Below, piece by piece: positions 1 through 15,588 of a stretch of 64,000 nt of DNA (position 1 is its first letter; each line of letters begins with the position of its first letter). Source of the stretch: the human T2T-CHM13v2.0 reference genome, Homo sapiens. The position numbers and the translations under genes are program-made. The stretch is from NCBI RefSeq assembly GCF_009914755.1, contig NC_060928.1; one strand, written 5' to 3'. The notes beneath the pieces were generated by a model. The model worked only from the letters and a program-made list of their open reading frames with translations, made no database searches and had not been told where the DNA came from.

Positions 1-376
1 CCTCCTGACAAAAAAATGAGGGCCTGAACCATGCCAGAAGTGATAGGTCCCAAGGTGTAAAAACTCTGCAGAAAGAGTTGAGTGAAAGGCCACATGTAGA
101 TGGAGATGGAAGGTTGACAGTGGTTGATGGCTCCAAGGTTTTGAGCCTGAGAAGCTGAGAGGGTGACAAAAAAAGAAGGAAGAAAGCAGGAAGAGTTGGT
201 GATGTCATGCTTGAGAAGTCCACAGAGTATTCAGGGCAAGGGAAGTTGGGGCTCTGGGAAATGTGGGTGTAACTCTGCAGATGGAACCTTGTGGGGGAAA
301 AACACTTTGAGTGTATTTTTATGGAGGTAATGATTAAAGGCATGAGTCTGAGCAAGAGAAGATGGAAATATGGATG

Positions 377-862
377 TATATTGTTTATCTATTGCTGTGT
401 AACGAATTACATCAAACCTAGCAGCTTAACTCAGAAGTCTGAAAACAGTTGAGCTGGGTGGTTCTGGCTAACGGTCTCTCATGAGGCGCCCATGAAAAGC
501 TGACCAGGGCTGTTGGCATCTGAAGGCTTGACTAGGGCTGGAGAATCACCTTCCAGGATGGCTCACTCCAGTGGCTGATGGCTGGAGGCCTCAGCTCCAC
601 ACCACATGAACAGCGTGGATAGCTGCTTGAGCGTCCTCATGATATGGTTGTCAGCTTCCTCCAGAGTAAACAACCCGAGAGAGAGCACAAGGGACAAGTC
701 TCATGTCTTTTATGACCTTGCTGTAGAAGTCACATACCCTCACTTCTGTATTCTACTAATCAAACAGACTGATCCTGATACAACATGGAAGACGGTTACA
801 CGGGGGCATGAATACCAAGGGGTAGGGAACATTTGGTGCATTCTCAGAAGCTGGCTGCTACA
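377..862 (-). mobile_element. MaLR LTR (MLT1-type)
   Basis: tatctattgctgtgtaacgaattac...gcagcttaa and gagctgggtggttctggct motifs typical of MLT1. Confidence 0.65.
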
Positions 863-1245
863 CTAGGGGTGGCAGAACAAGATAAGCAAAACTTCAAAAG
901 ACATGAAGTTTGTTGGGAAGACAAGACTCCCACATGGGAAGAGATCAGGTTCTCAAACCTGTTGGCTTATCTGGGTCTCTATATGGGTCTTTGATCCCTT
1001 CCAGAACACCCTGCCTCCAGAACTGTCTATCTGGTAAAGCAGGAGCTTTTCTCTCTATTCTACTGCTTCGCAGACTTCCCATATACCAGGCAATGTGCCA
1101 AGATTTCCCTGAGGTAGACATGATCATGTCACTGTTTTAAAGGAAAGGAAACTGAGGCTGAAGTCTCCAGCCCAAGTTCTCATAGCCAATGTGATGTGGA
1201 CCTGGCCACGAACCCAGGTTGTCCAACTCCAGGGTCCTCACTCTT

Positions 1246-1538
1246 TATTTATTTTTTGAGACGGAGTCTTGCTGTATTCCCCAGGCTGGAGTGTGGTGGC
1301 ACAATCTTGGCTCACTGCAACCTCTGCCTCCCAGTTCAAGTGATTCTCCTGCCTCAGCCTCCTGAGTAGCTGGGACTACAGGCACGCCCCACCACACCCG
1401 GCTAATTTTTGTATTTTTAGTAGAGACGGGTTTTCACCATGTTGGCCAGGCTGGTCTTGAACTCCTGAGCTCAGGTGAAACACCCACATCCACCTCCCAA
1501 AGTGCTAGGATTACAGGTGTGAGCCACTGCACCTGGCA
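1246..1538 (-). mobile_element. Alu (AluS-like) inserted into a MIR-like sequence
   Basis: full reverse Alu; 16-bp TSD cagggtcctcactctt at 1230-1245 and 1539-1554. Confidence 0.95.
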
Positions 1539-1576
1539 CAGGGTCCTCACTCTTAACCTCTCTGCCACCATGCCTA

Positions 1577-1927
<351 letters not shown>

Positions 1928-2424
1928 TCATCAGTGGAGTTGGGTTGCATTTAGTCCCACACACTTAATCGGCACAGGGCTGGCTACCCACAGACACTAC
2001 CATTGAAGGGAAGCCTGCTACGACTGCTGACATGCTCCATACTTCCTTACACTATTCACCACCCTAGCCCTAACCCTTGCACACACACACACACAAAATC
2101 CTTATCACTAATTTAGTATTGAATTATAGGCCATTTTTTTCTTTCCTCTCACTGCTTGATGTATATTCATCTTGCTTCCCTAAGTGGACCGCAGATTCTT
2201 GGAGGGGGTGATAAGCATGTCTAGAATGCCTGGTACAGAACTGAATTCACAAAGTCAGTGCTCAAAAGGGTACCAACACATCGATGGGCTGATAACTGAA
2301 AGAGACATTGATTCTTCCCAGGTGTTGGTAAATGAGAGAGAGTTGGCAATTCTTTGATGTCACTGGAACTCTGCAACTGGAGAGTTGGCTAAACACTGTG
2401 ATTTGACTCCTACTTTGGGAAAGA

Positions 2425-2463
2425 AAGAAGAGGAAGAGGAGGAGGAGGAGGATGAGGAGGAGA
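2425..2463 (+). repeat. (GAG/GAA)n purine triplet tract
   Basis: gaagaggaagaggaggaggaggaggatgaggaggag. Confidence 0.85.
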
Positions 2464-2971
2464 AAAATAATGTATTGTGTCTTATTTCACCATTCAGTAG
2501 TTTAAATGGAGACACAAAAAACAATGAGCAGACAGAACAGACTGATCTGATTTATACTAGAAGAGGCTCTTTTTCCTTTTACTTTCACCATGGTCTGAAA
2601 ACATCATAACATGATTCTTCATCATAACATCCTTCATCACTGCAGGAGGTCAGTGCTATTGCCATGACATAAACTGTATCAGATCTGGGGAGCTGCCACT
2701 CTTTCCTGTCCTCCCACTTTGTATCTATGTGGAGACCAGAGATAAGAACAAACAGGGCCACAGCATAAAATTCATTCAGCCAGGTCCCCAAAGCTAATGT
2801 CATCCTTTAATATTTGTTTTGTACTAATTGAATTCTCTATTTCAATTGACTATTCTAATCAGAGAAGTTCAAGGAAAGGTAGATAATGCATTTCTACTTA
2901 TTTACATGCAGGGATGACATAATACACTGCTGATATTAGCCACAAAAACGGATATTTTAAACAGAACATAC

Positions 2972-3004
2972 TCCCAAATCCTACTGAAACATTGTAGCTC
3001 AGGC
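2972..3004 (-). CDS. CCDC149: Candidate alternative 33-nt microexon of CCDC149 (G-LSYNVSVGFG-R), phase 1-1
   Basis: long polypyrimidine tract, acceptor tttttgctgcctgaag, donor GGA|GTATGT; length is a multiple of 3, symmetric phase matches flanking exons, no stop codon. Confidence 0.7.
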
Positions 3005-3918
3005 CTTCAGGCAGCAAAAAGAAAAAAAGGAAATAATTGTTATTGCATAATAGCCATTTGAAGTTGCACCTAGACCAAACAAAACCATAGAAAATTCTCG
3101 GCATTTGTTCACTCGAGTAACTTCCATCTTTTAATATAAACTGTAGAAATGAAACAGGGAGAAATTTCACCAACTCATTTGAGAAAAAAAAAAATAAAAA
3201 CCCCCGTTCATGCATGGAAATGGCAATCTCACTGTACAAATACACGATCAATTTGCCGAACTGTGTTGAAATTCAATGCAATAAAAGAAAGGCCTTCCTA
3301 GAAGATGAGGTTTTAACAGCATCAAAAGATTCTTGTGCAGACATGGATCATTCAAATCCCCAGGACTGTACCTGGCAGTTATTAGTTCTGTCAGGTCTTT
3401 TGACAACAAGTTCAAGGAATCACTGCTAAAAATTCCAATTTATGAAACACACATCCAGGCAACCTAAGGCAGCGATTCAAGTTTACATTTCAGAAAATGT
3501 GTTGTTGTCCACCTGCCTCACTGTGCTGACTTTTACTTATCGTCCATTCCAGGGAAGCATCCATATGATTCAAGGATGAAGGAGACTGGTTTGTGCAGTA
3601 AATAAAACTATAGGTACAACATGGTTTCCAGGGAAAGGGGAGATGGTGGAAATGGTAAATACAAGTTTCTGAAGAGTAAAAAGTCAATGGGGAATGGCTG
3701 GCTGGGGTATCACAAAAGGAGTATTTTACCAAGACAAGTGGGGTAAATACAGCTAATTAAAGTAGAATACCAGAGCTTCCAAACACAGTGTACAACTGGA
3801 AAAAAAATCACAGGAAATTCAGATTCTCAGGCTAAGTAAAAACGGGATGGGGGAAGGGAAGAGAAGGAGGTGGTGGAGTACATTTTGGGTTAGAACAATT
3901 GTTGGTTTTTATCTTTAT

Positions 3919-4055
3919 TTTTAGTACTGGTGATTAAATTGGACAAATCTTTGTATGTTCTTAGATTCAATTTTAGGACTGGTGATTAAATTGCACAAAT
4001 CTTTATTAAGTTCTCATATTAACTTTTAGGGCTGATAATGAAATTGAACAAATTG
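3919..4055. repeat. Imperfect ~52-bp tandem repeat, about 2.6 copies
   Basis: ttttagKactggtgattaaattgSacaaatcttt recurs at ~3919 and ~3971, with a more degenerate copy at ~4025. Confidence 0.8.
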
Positions 4056-4363
4056 AATGGATCTTTATAGGATATCTACAGATTAAAAGAAAAGAAACAA
4101 TTCACTACATTCACAAAAGTTAAAAAAAAATACAGACACAGTGACAATTTCAGAATTCAGGTTTGCTAAACTTCATAGTTCCACAGATGAAACCCTGAAT
4201 ATTTACTGCATTTTTCTGATTCTACCCCCACCCTGCCATGTAGTTTCTAAATTTAGAACACTTGTAGATTTTTTCAGCAATGATCTACTTTAAATAAGGT
4301 AGAATAAAAGGACATTAAAGAGGTAGAAGACTCTTGTAAATTACGTGGGAGCTTCATTTCTTA

Positions 4364-4519
<156 letters not shown>

Positions 4520-7408
4520 TTACTGAGCATCCTGTCAGCCCCCAGCCCTGGGAATCCCACTGGTGCCCTAGTAGAAAAGTGTTGAGATTTATGATATATG
4601 CAAAAAATGGAGTATTTGTATGTATGTGTGTGTAAATAATATGTGCTCTATTGAAAGTGCATATACAAATAGAAAGTACAGTGAATGATTAAAAACAATA
4701 CTAAAATGCCATGAAAGTGAGTCCTCTCCCAAAAGGTAGTTTTCCTGGGAAGCTAAATGATGACTCCACCACTGCCCAAATCATTTGATGGAATTTCTAT
4801 TTGAGAAATGCTCACTGCAAAGATGACAATAAATTTTGAATACCCTTAATAATATCACATCTTGATTCTTGGAGGGTGGATCTGATTTTTGGAAATAACC
4901 AGGTCTAAAAAATAAGATGGATGGACATGCTTGGTAATGTTGTTTTAAGTCAATACATAATACCATCAGCCTTCTTAGACCCATGTCTTACTGATGTCCA
5001 CATTCTTGATATTTAGCACAATGCCTGATACATGGGAAGTATTTGATAAATATATTTGATTAAATAAATGCCTTTCTTTTTTCATGACTCATAATTAGCT
5101 ATGGGAAGAATGAAAAGAGATATTTCAAAAGAGTTTTCAGTAATTGCAGAATCATTAGAATAATTACATTGTTCTCCAAGGTGACCATTCTGAGTCACTA
5201 AGATATACAAGTTCTAGAAAGTGTGTATTTGAAAAGACCATACTGTTTACTTGGAAGCCAAACTTTCACTACATGCATGGATAGACATGTGGGCATACAT
5301 ACTCCCACATCACTCTATAAAATAATATAGTTGGGAAATAATTTAATAGTCCTCTAAAACTTGAATCACTTTCCATTGGGCTGGAAATTGAAAAACCAGT
5401 CTTTATTTTATTTGGGGGATTTTCTTGGCACTGCTGTGCTAAAATTATGTGGAAATCACCTTAATAGCAAAGTTTCAATTCCTTTCAGCAAGATAAATCA
5501 GAACACTAGAATTATTCTCCTATCTCTCTTTATATTCCAGAGATAGCTACACACACCCACATACACACAGAGGCATGAATATGTATATTTCTACACATAT
5601 ATATGGCTGTGGATTTATCCTTGTTTTACCTGAATTGACTTGTACCATCTTAATTAATATTCCCTTTGAGTTCACAGAAAACTCTGGAATTACTCTATGT
5701 GGTTTTCTTCCATCTAGGTACTTAGAGCTTTTCTTTTCTTCTTTTCCCTAAGTCTTAAAATTATGCAGTCTTTATCAATTACTTTCCATTTTCATTCCAT
5801 TTGTTGGGTCTCTTTTGCTTTCATGTCCCTGACCCTTCAATAGACACTATCCTTTGTAATCTCGCTTTCCATATTTTGCTCAGACCTTCTGATCCAAGCT
5901 CCCTTTTCACCAGCTGATGAGTTTGAGATGCAATCACAACTGTTCAAGTTGATGCCTGTTTCTTAACGAGATCAGATCATCTGTAGGTGGCTGCTTCTTG
6001 GAAACAAAAGATAAGGCTTAACTCTTCCGTGGAGGTGGAGGGATGCCGTCTGAGCAGCATTCGAAGGTGTGCTGAAGAGATATTGGGTTATATTTTTTCT
6101 GATGTTTCGGGATAACACAGCCATCTCTCTCAGAAATGGAACGAAGTGAATTTCCTGGTGTCCCCAGCAATCTACTTTCAGGGCCCCTGCCTAAGTTTGT
6201 CAGTGCTTTCTTCTCTGACTTGACACTTATCAGCATCTGATGCAGGGCTGGAGGTAGTAAAATGGACTCAGTAGAAGTTATGACAGTAGAAATAATAACA
6301 ATAGTACCACCAACAACAATAGCAACTGCATTACTGTTAACACAAACAGTCAACTAATCTTTCCTGAGTCCGTAATACACATCAGAGGCCATGCTGAACA
6401 CTCGCCTCATTTGTGTTATCTCATCTAACTTGGCAAAAACCCTGTGGTGTACATGGTATTGTTATCCTCCTTTTACATGTGGACTGTAAGAAACAGAGAG
6501 GTTAAGCAACTTGCCCAAGCATGCACAGTTTATCTCAAAGTTCTGTCTTTCCCCAGCCCCCAGCAATCTCATCCACCATACTCCCCTCTTCCCATTAGGA
6601 AGCTGAGGAACAGAAGTTAGTTAACTTGACCAAAACCATAGGCAAGACTCAGCTGGTGGTGAGGCTGTATCGGAATGTAAGCCTGGACTTGCTTCTGAAG
6701 CACATGCTCTTAACCAATACCCCATAATGGCACTTTAAAACCAACCTTGTCACATTCTTTCTCATGTCTGCCTGAAGTGCTCCTTAAAAACTGTTCATGT
6801 TGAAACATGGATGTGCCCGCAGTTGCTTTGCAAAATACAAGCCACAATGCTTCAAATGGCAAAGAGGATCTCTGTTAGCTTCACACTGAAAGAACGTGGC
6901 AGGGAGCCCACTGAACCTGGTATGACGCAGCCCAGGGAGAGAAGAGGGGCTATTTACATTTTAGCAGCCAGCAGCACGGATAGGTGGAGAGAAGAGCAGG
7001 AGCCGAGTCCGTTAAATTTAGTTTGACCAATTCAACAAACAGTTCCTGAGATCCAGCTCTGTAAAGCACTATGCTACAGGCTGCAGGGGATAATGAGGAG
7101 AAGGAGACCCTGTCCCTGCATTTGAGAGACTAAACGTCTGGTGGGAGACAGACCGATGCATACACACAAAAACATACATGGACGGTGCAGTGGAAGGCTT
7201 TAATAACAGCTGGCATTTATTAATCACTTGCTCTATACTAGGCATGCACAGATGCTCCCTTGGTGTCCTGCAACAACTGATGCGTCAGCTCTTGTTAGCC
7301 TTATTTTGTAGGTGAGAAAACTGAGACTCAGAAAGGTCACTTAACTCACCCAGGCTTACACAGCTGGCGAGCAGAGGGGCCAGGCAAAAACACAGGCTTG
7401 AAAATACA

Positions 7409-7760
<352 letters not shown>

Positions 7761-7795
7761 CTACAGAGACCAGTAGGAACCCAGACCATGAATGA

Positions 7796-8176
<381 letters not shown>

Positions 8177-10412
8177 CAGTGAAGGGTTTTAAGCAAGGAA
8201 GCAGGATGAGGAAGTTTAGGCAAAGTATTCTTCATGCCTAGTTGAGAATGGAGTGGAAGGAGTGTGAGTAGAAGCAGAAAGATCAGTTAGAAGGGCATCG
8301 TCCAGGTGGCGTTGATATGGTCCAAACCAAGCCAGTGGGGATGCAGGGGTGCTACAGGAATGGGGCAATGAGGAGGGAGATGAGCTTGAGATGCCTGTGG
8401 GAGATCTGTGCAGACACAACGGATGCAGGAAGAAAGGCAAAGATCTGAGAGTGCAGGCTGGGGGAGCAGAGCCAGCAGCTCACCACCAGAGGATGCGAAG
8501 TCAGAAGGAACCGTGGAAGAGGCAGAGGAGAGCCAGGACAATGTGCCACCTTGGAAGCCAAGTTGAGAGGGGTGCAGATGAGAAGGGGTTGGTCAATATT
8601 GTCTTATTCTAGAAAGTGGTCACACAGGATGGGAGTTGAGAAGAGGCAACTTAGAAGATGTGCCTGACCCTTGAAGGAAGGATGTTTCAGGACAGTAGAG
8701 GGGATGAAATTCAGAGTCCAAGGGACTGGGCTGAGACAGAAGCAGACTCTGGGAGAAGTGAATATAGCCGGCTCTTCAAGTAGCTTAGCAGGGAAGAGAA
8801 GGAGATAAACAGCAGTAGCTCGAGGCAAACTCAAACTTGAGAGAGGTTTGGGGTTTTTTTGTTTTTTGTTTTTGCAGGATGAGGGAGATTTTAAAGTTTT
8901 AAAGTTTTTATTTAGTTATGGGTTGCTTTGGGGGAGATTTCAGCATGTATCTACCTAGTAGTCTAGGAAAATCTCTCAGGATGCCCAGTCTCCAGATGGC
9001 TTCCCTGCAGTGGTTTTAGATAGTAATGACATCATCAAAGGAGTCTGTGATGAGGAGTCTGTGAAGACAGAACTCACACAGGAACTGCACTACCGTGCTC
9101 GCTCTCTGGACAACACAGACAGCAGGAATACCAGAGTGAAGGTCTTTAAGGAAAGCCTGGCTCTAAAGGGGAAGCAGGTAACTGTGTCTCTACATGCCTG
9201 AAGACGCCCCTGCTTGCTTCTACCCCAGGTGGCCTCCTTTCACGTCTCTGCTCTGATCCATACACCCTCTTGCTGCTGCTCCCCAAGATGCTGAATTTCC
9301 AAGCTCATTTACCATTGGCCAGGGAAAGAGAAGAGGAAACGGTTTCAGGCATAGCAGGAAGGATAGCAAAAGGCCAATATGTCCTCATATATTCACCACC
9401 ACCTCCCCGCCATGGTAAGGCATGGGCCTGGGGGGAAGGTCTGGAGAACGAAATGTGGTGCACAGTGAAATGGCCCTTGAACAACCACCTCGTCCACGAA
9501 TGCTTTGCCACCCGGTTTGAAAGATAAATGAACCTCATATCCGTTCTTTCTCGATCACCAGGCAACTGCCAACTTGCTGGCAAGAAGTAGCTCAAGCAAA
9601 TTGCCTATTAATTGAATGTTGCTCAAGATGTAAAGTCCTAGGTTTCTTCATCAATTCTTCGAGATGGCTTCCGTTGGAGCCTCTCAAGGGTGGTAACTGT
9701 CAGGCAGTGGAAAACCAGCATAGGAGCATACGCTGCCAGGAAGGAACACCTTTACTGCTATGTATAACGCTCCAGCAAAATAAAGCCATTTCTTTTCTTT
9801 TTAAAATTAATTAATTATTATTTTTTTCTAAGATTGCAATTGGGTCATGCACACAGAGACCAGGGTAGTTTCCAGTGCATTCCAAAAGCTATTTTATTAT
9901 TTCAGTTACACAAGGCTAAATCAAGGGGGAGAACACACATAGACCAAAGTCACATTCTATTCTCAGCCCTCATTCCATTTGTAGTATAATTAGTTTCTTT
10001 ACATGCCCCCAAATAAAACATTTATTAAAAGTATGAAACAGAGGACCCCCTAAGTATTAAAGATGGCACATTAGGCAACTTATGTACTGATGCGAAGCAA
10101 TCTCCAAGATCCATTATTACAGGGGGAAAAATCAAGATGCAGAATAATGAAAAAAGAAACCTTTTTAAAAAATGAATACCAGTTACCGTTTGTAAAAAAA
10201 AAAAAAAGACAGTATATCTATGTAAATATATGAGTATGTGTATATACATAAATATATTGTGCATTTGCTTATACTGTCTATGCATCCTTTGGAAGGATAT
10301 ATAAGAAATGAGGAATGGACATTTCTTCCAGGAAGGGGATTAAGGTAGCTGGGAGTAGTTTGGAAAGACATTGTTATTTAACCTTAAATTAATATTAAAT
10401 TAAAACCACAGA

Positions 10413-10718
<306 letters not shown>

Positions 10719-13421
10719 CCCAGAGGATGGCTCAAAAATTATTAAAAAATAAACATGAAAAAGTACATAGAAACAAAAATAAACATGGTCAAATGAAAAT
10801 GTCAGTCTTTCACAATGGAGGGAGGGAGTGCTGTGAACCTGGGGCATGGGTGTGTTTGCAGTGGGTATGGTTAGGAACACATTAGTGAATCAATCTGTCA
10901 GAGGAGGCTGGGATCCTCTGCAGAGGCATGTCAGGCCGACAGCCTGTGGATGCTGTCTTTGGCAGGCAATGGGGACTCAGTCTGCTTTGCAGAGAAGGCT
11001 AGTGTCATGCTCAGAACTGTAGCTGGCAGGTGGGTTAGGCGGGGGAGGTAGGACTGGGGTCTGAGGATGGAGCTGTGGGACGGTCTCCCCAAGGAAGAAG
11101 TGATGGTCAAAGGGCATAACCATTTTTGAAACATACTAGGATGGATGTTGACTGATGGAATTTGAGGAGCTGAAAGGATATCTGGAGAAACCATCAACCA
11201 GAAGTTGGAAATGTGGGTCTTGGTCTTGCTCTTGATGGGGTGGTGGGTACAAGAGATCTGAGAAGAGTCTGCAGAGAATGAGAAGCAAAGACAGAGACAG
11301 GGAATGAGGTCTCCCAGGTAGGGGAAAAAGCACAGAAGATGGAGAAAAAAGATGGAGTGGGTCTGGGGTGGGGGTCAGGGGAGAGGTGGGAAAAGGAAAT
11401 GAGACAGTGGAGAAGGCTGGAGTTTCCCCCTTGAAATCCATCTTACTTGGATTTCAAGATGAAAATCTCAATGTGAAGAAATTAAAGAAGGAAGAGACTC
11501 AAAGGTGGAGTTTGGGGATACTGGTGACCTGCAAAGAAAGAATACCGTGGGAAATGTAGGAAGAGGTCTTGGGAGGCATTAAAGCCAAGGTTATCTTTCT
11601 TTCCTGTGCATGGACTCACCCGGGACTTACTGAAATCCAGAATCCTAACCTTCCCTCCCACAAATCTTTGATTCTGCATTTATAAACAAGTGTCCCCACC
11701 CCCCAGCCGCTGCACCCAAGCAATTCCAACATAAGTGACCTCCCGGAATACATTTAGACAGGGTGGCTGTTGAGGAAGGAGAGGAGGCCTTCTTCAAAAA
11801 CATTCCAGGCTGGGTGGTATTTTTGGGAAGGCAGCAGGGTTTAGGAAAGGCTTTGGGAGTTCAGGGCAAAGAGGCAAAAGCCAGAAGAAGGGAGGAGGTT
11901 GAAGAGGGTGAGACAGGAGGTCCCAGGGGAGCAGAGGCCCAGAAGAGGAAAGATCCCATGGACCAACAAGATGGCAGCTGGTGTACTTCCTGGAGACAGG
12001 AGTGAGCAGAACATGGGGAGACTGGTTTCAGGGCAGCCGCAAGTTGAGAGGCTCATGGTGAGAAGCCCCACTTTCTCAGTGAATGAGGAACTGTGGTGAC
12101 CTGCTGAGAATGGACCAGGGTTTAGAAGATGTGAGAAGGCTTGAAAGATGAGGTGTTCTGTAGAGAGGGAAGGACGAAGCCAGCTCATGGAGGACATTTC
12201 GTGCTGCAGGGGATGCCCATTCCTTCTTCCTCCCCTGAGAAGCAACTGCATTTCAGCATCTGACTTTTCATTCCTTGGTTAAGATTTCACTTTTCAAGAA
12301 CATTTAAACCTTCTCCTGTCAATAAATTACCCGTGTCATCCCTTCGAGATTGCCCTGCTTCCCTTTGCTGCTCTCCGCTTTCTTCCACATACATCTTCAT
12401 CTCTGGTGCAATCTTCCCTTCACTCCAGCTTCTCTTTTTCTATTTTGTTTTTATAATACTTTCAATCATTTTCCACTTGCCTCTCTCCCATGCCCCTGCG
12501 TTCGTCAGGCCCCGGATTCTCTGGTCCCTCCCTTTGTCACTTGAAGCCTAGCTTTCCAGGCCCCGCTCAGTTCTCTCACACTTGCATTTTGGTTCCAGGT
12601 GTACGTCTGTCTTGCAAGCAGGACCAGCTACATAAATTGCAGGGTCCAGTGCAAAATAAAAATGTGGGACCCTCTTGTTAAAACAATGACTAAGAATTCC
12701 AAGATGGTGACAGTGGAAGATCAGACCTAATGTGGGGTCCTTCTGAGCACAGGTTGCATGCCCACAAAGCCAACCCCATGTGTAGTATTTGCTACTTTAA
12801 TTTATTGTTTATTCACCATTCTCTGAACACTCTTGATATTACCTCTGTCATCTCTAATGGCTACGTTAACCTGCTTGGTTTTACACAACATAGTCAACAT
12901 GCTATAAAAACCAGATAAGACATTCCATTTTAATTACCCTTCCTTTTCACCATCTTTTTTGTGGATCTGGAAGAGTGACATGAGATTCTTTTCTAGGCCC
13001 CGCAGCCTGTGGAAGTTGATGCTTGGGTGATTTCTGCCATTAAAAGACCCTCAAAGTCATGCTGGGAGTTTTAAATGGCACTGAGGCAGTTTCTCCCCTA
13101 AAAGAAGAGCTGGAGGAGAGGTGGGTCAAGTCACCCAGGCGATTATTTTATGGAACTCATCCATGAAATACATACTACTCAGTGTGTAGCTCAGAGTAAG
13201 CATTCAGTATGGCTGGTACCCTTTCCTTGCTTGGCTCCAGCTGATAGCCAAGATGCTGATATAAAGCAGAAGCACCATTCTAGTTTAATAAGTTTCCTTC
13301 TTGATTTGAGGGGTCTCACCTTCCCTGCAGGTCCGTCGTTCCAGCTGGTTGACATTCACTTCTGGTAGCCTCGTCCCACTTCCTTCGCGCCCACCCCCCA
13401 ACACAAGAGTTTGGCCACCTA

Positions 13422-13592
<171 letters not shown>

Positions 13593-15258
13593 TCAGTCGT
13601 CATTCTTCTGAAACGCTGGAATGCAAACCAATGTCAATCCTTCTTGGATAATGATATGTCCCCAGCTTCAAAATGCTACTATGTTGTATTGAGAGTCCAC
13701 CTCAAGTGTCAACAAAACAAAGTAAAATCCAGTGTGAAAACTAAACAGAAAGGAGGAAGTTCTCAGGACTTTCATCAGCAATTTTTAAGAAGATAATAAT
13801 ATTTGCATTTGTCTACTATTTTAAACACTTTCATAATGACTAACGCATAAAGTCTTAAAATTGAGGGAAAAGAAACTCTATGAAATATTGATTTTTTTCC
13901 ATTTCATGGACAAAGCAAGGCACAGATGGGTTAAGAACATTGGCTGAAGGTCACACAGCCATGCAAATGACAATCACTCCTAGCTCCAAGCACCTTGCTT
14001 TACGTCAGTTTCCCACTGTGTGATACCCCTGGCAGGTGGTAAGATAATTTAGGAGATTATTTAAAGTGCAAAATATATTTTGTATTTTAGTAGCTATGCA
14101 TTTGTTTGAAGGTATTATAGAAAAGGTTATGTATGGCATAACAAAACCAATGATTTCACAGGTGCTACCACTTAGGATAAGGTCAAGTAAAATGAGTCAC
14201 TTTAAAATCGACTTAAAGAAAAACATTAAGCAAACAATAGCAAGGTGGCACAAAGATAGGGCAAAAAGGTATAGAGCAGACTGCAAATATCTAAATATTG
14301 GGAAAGAGTACATTATGCAAAAACTAGCTGTTCTTGGATATTTGTTACTCCACAAACTGCCAAATCCCATTCACGGCCAAGTTCAAAATGAAAGCCAAAC
14401 AACACACACAGTTCCATGTCATTGAAGGACTGAGACCCATATGAGAGAGACCTGCCCCTTGTGCATATATCCTGCCCTGGATGAGTCTTTAACAAGTCTC
14501 TAGTCATCTATGGATGGCTCTGATAGAAAATTATTTTTTTTTCTGGTTTCCAAAGTGTACACTTTCAAAAAATTCCTAATTTGTCTGCATGTCACTTACA
14601 AATATATAAAGGAATATTACAGTGTGGTATACTAGCTTAGCATATAGTAGGACTATCATCTCCTTTATCCCAAATTCCATACTTCTGCAAATAGATTGTA
14701 AGATTTCCTTAGCTTCTTTGGCAATAAAACACTATTAATGAATAATATGACAATACTATCTATTAAAACATCTGTGACTTTTTCACATGTGATGCTGTTA
14801 CAACTATGTTTTCCCAGTTATGCTTGGCTGGGCTTGAAATGGCTTAAATTGCTCTCAGAAGCCATCAGCCCCATCCACAGCATGGCCCCATTCTACATCT
14901 GCAACTTCTGCTGCTTCTCCCGCCGTCTTTTTCTACCCTAGGGTCACTCAGGTGCTCCTGCGTATGTGTCCTTTCTGACACCGAGTGGCTGTTCTTCAAG
15001 TCTGCTTTGGGTTTTTTAAAAGCACTCTTCAAAGGAAGATAAACTAAGAGTTAAATAAAAGGACAACAACCACTGATATTCCTACCAGACATTAAAAAAA
15101 AAAGGAAACAGTATAAATCTCACAATTTTATTTTATTTTCAAAAATGAAAAAAAAAACCCGGCTTTTTTCACTTAACAATATTATTCATCATTAATATCC
15201 CTTAAAACATAAAATTGGATGGCTGCTTTGTAGTCTGTGTATAGATACAGAATTATTT

Positions 15259-15588
<330 letters not shown>

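Noticed and set aside
2385-2609. Poly-Glu ORF
   Set aside because: Produced by a GAG microsatellite on the non-coding strand, with a non-ATG start.
6018-6353. 111-aa minus-strand ORF with a hydrophobic N-terminus as an extra exon
   Set aside because: The hydrophobic part comes from a low-complexity (TAT/TGT) tract next to MIR-like sequence, and I found no convincing splice sites matching phase 2.
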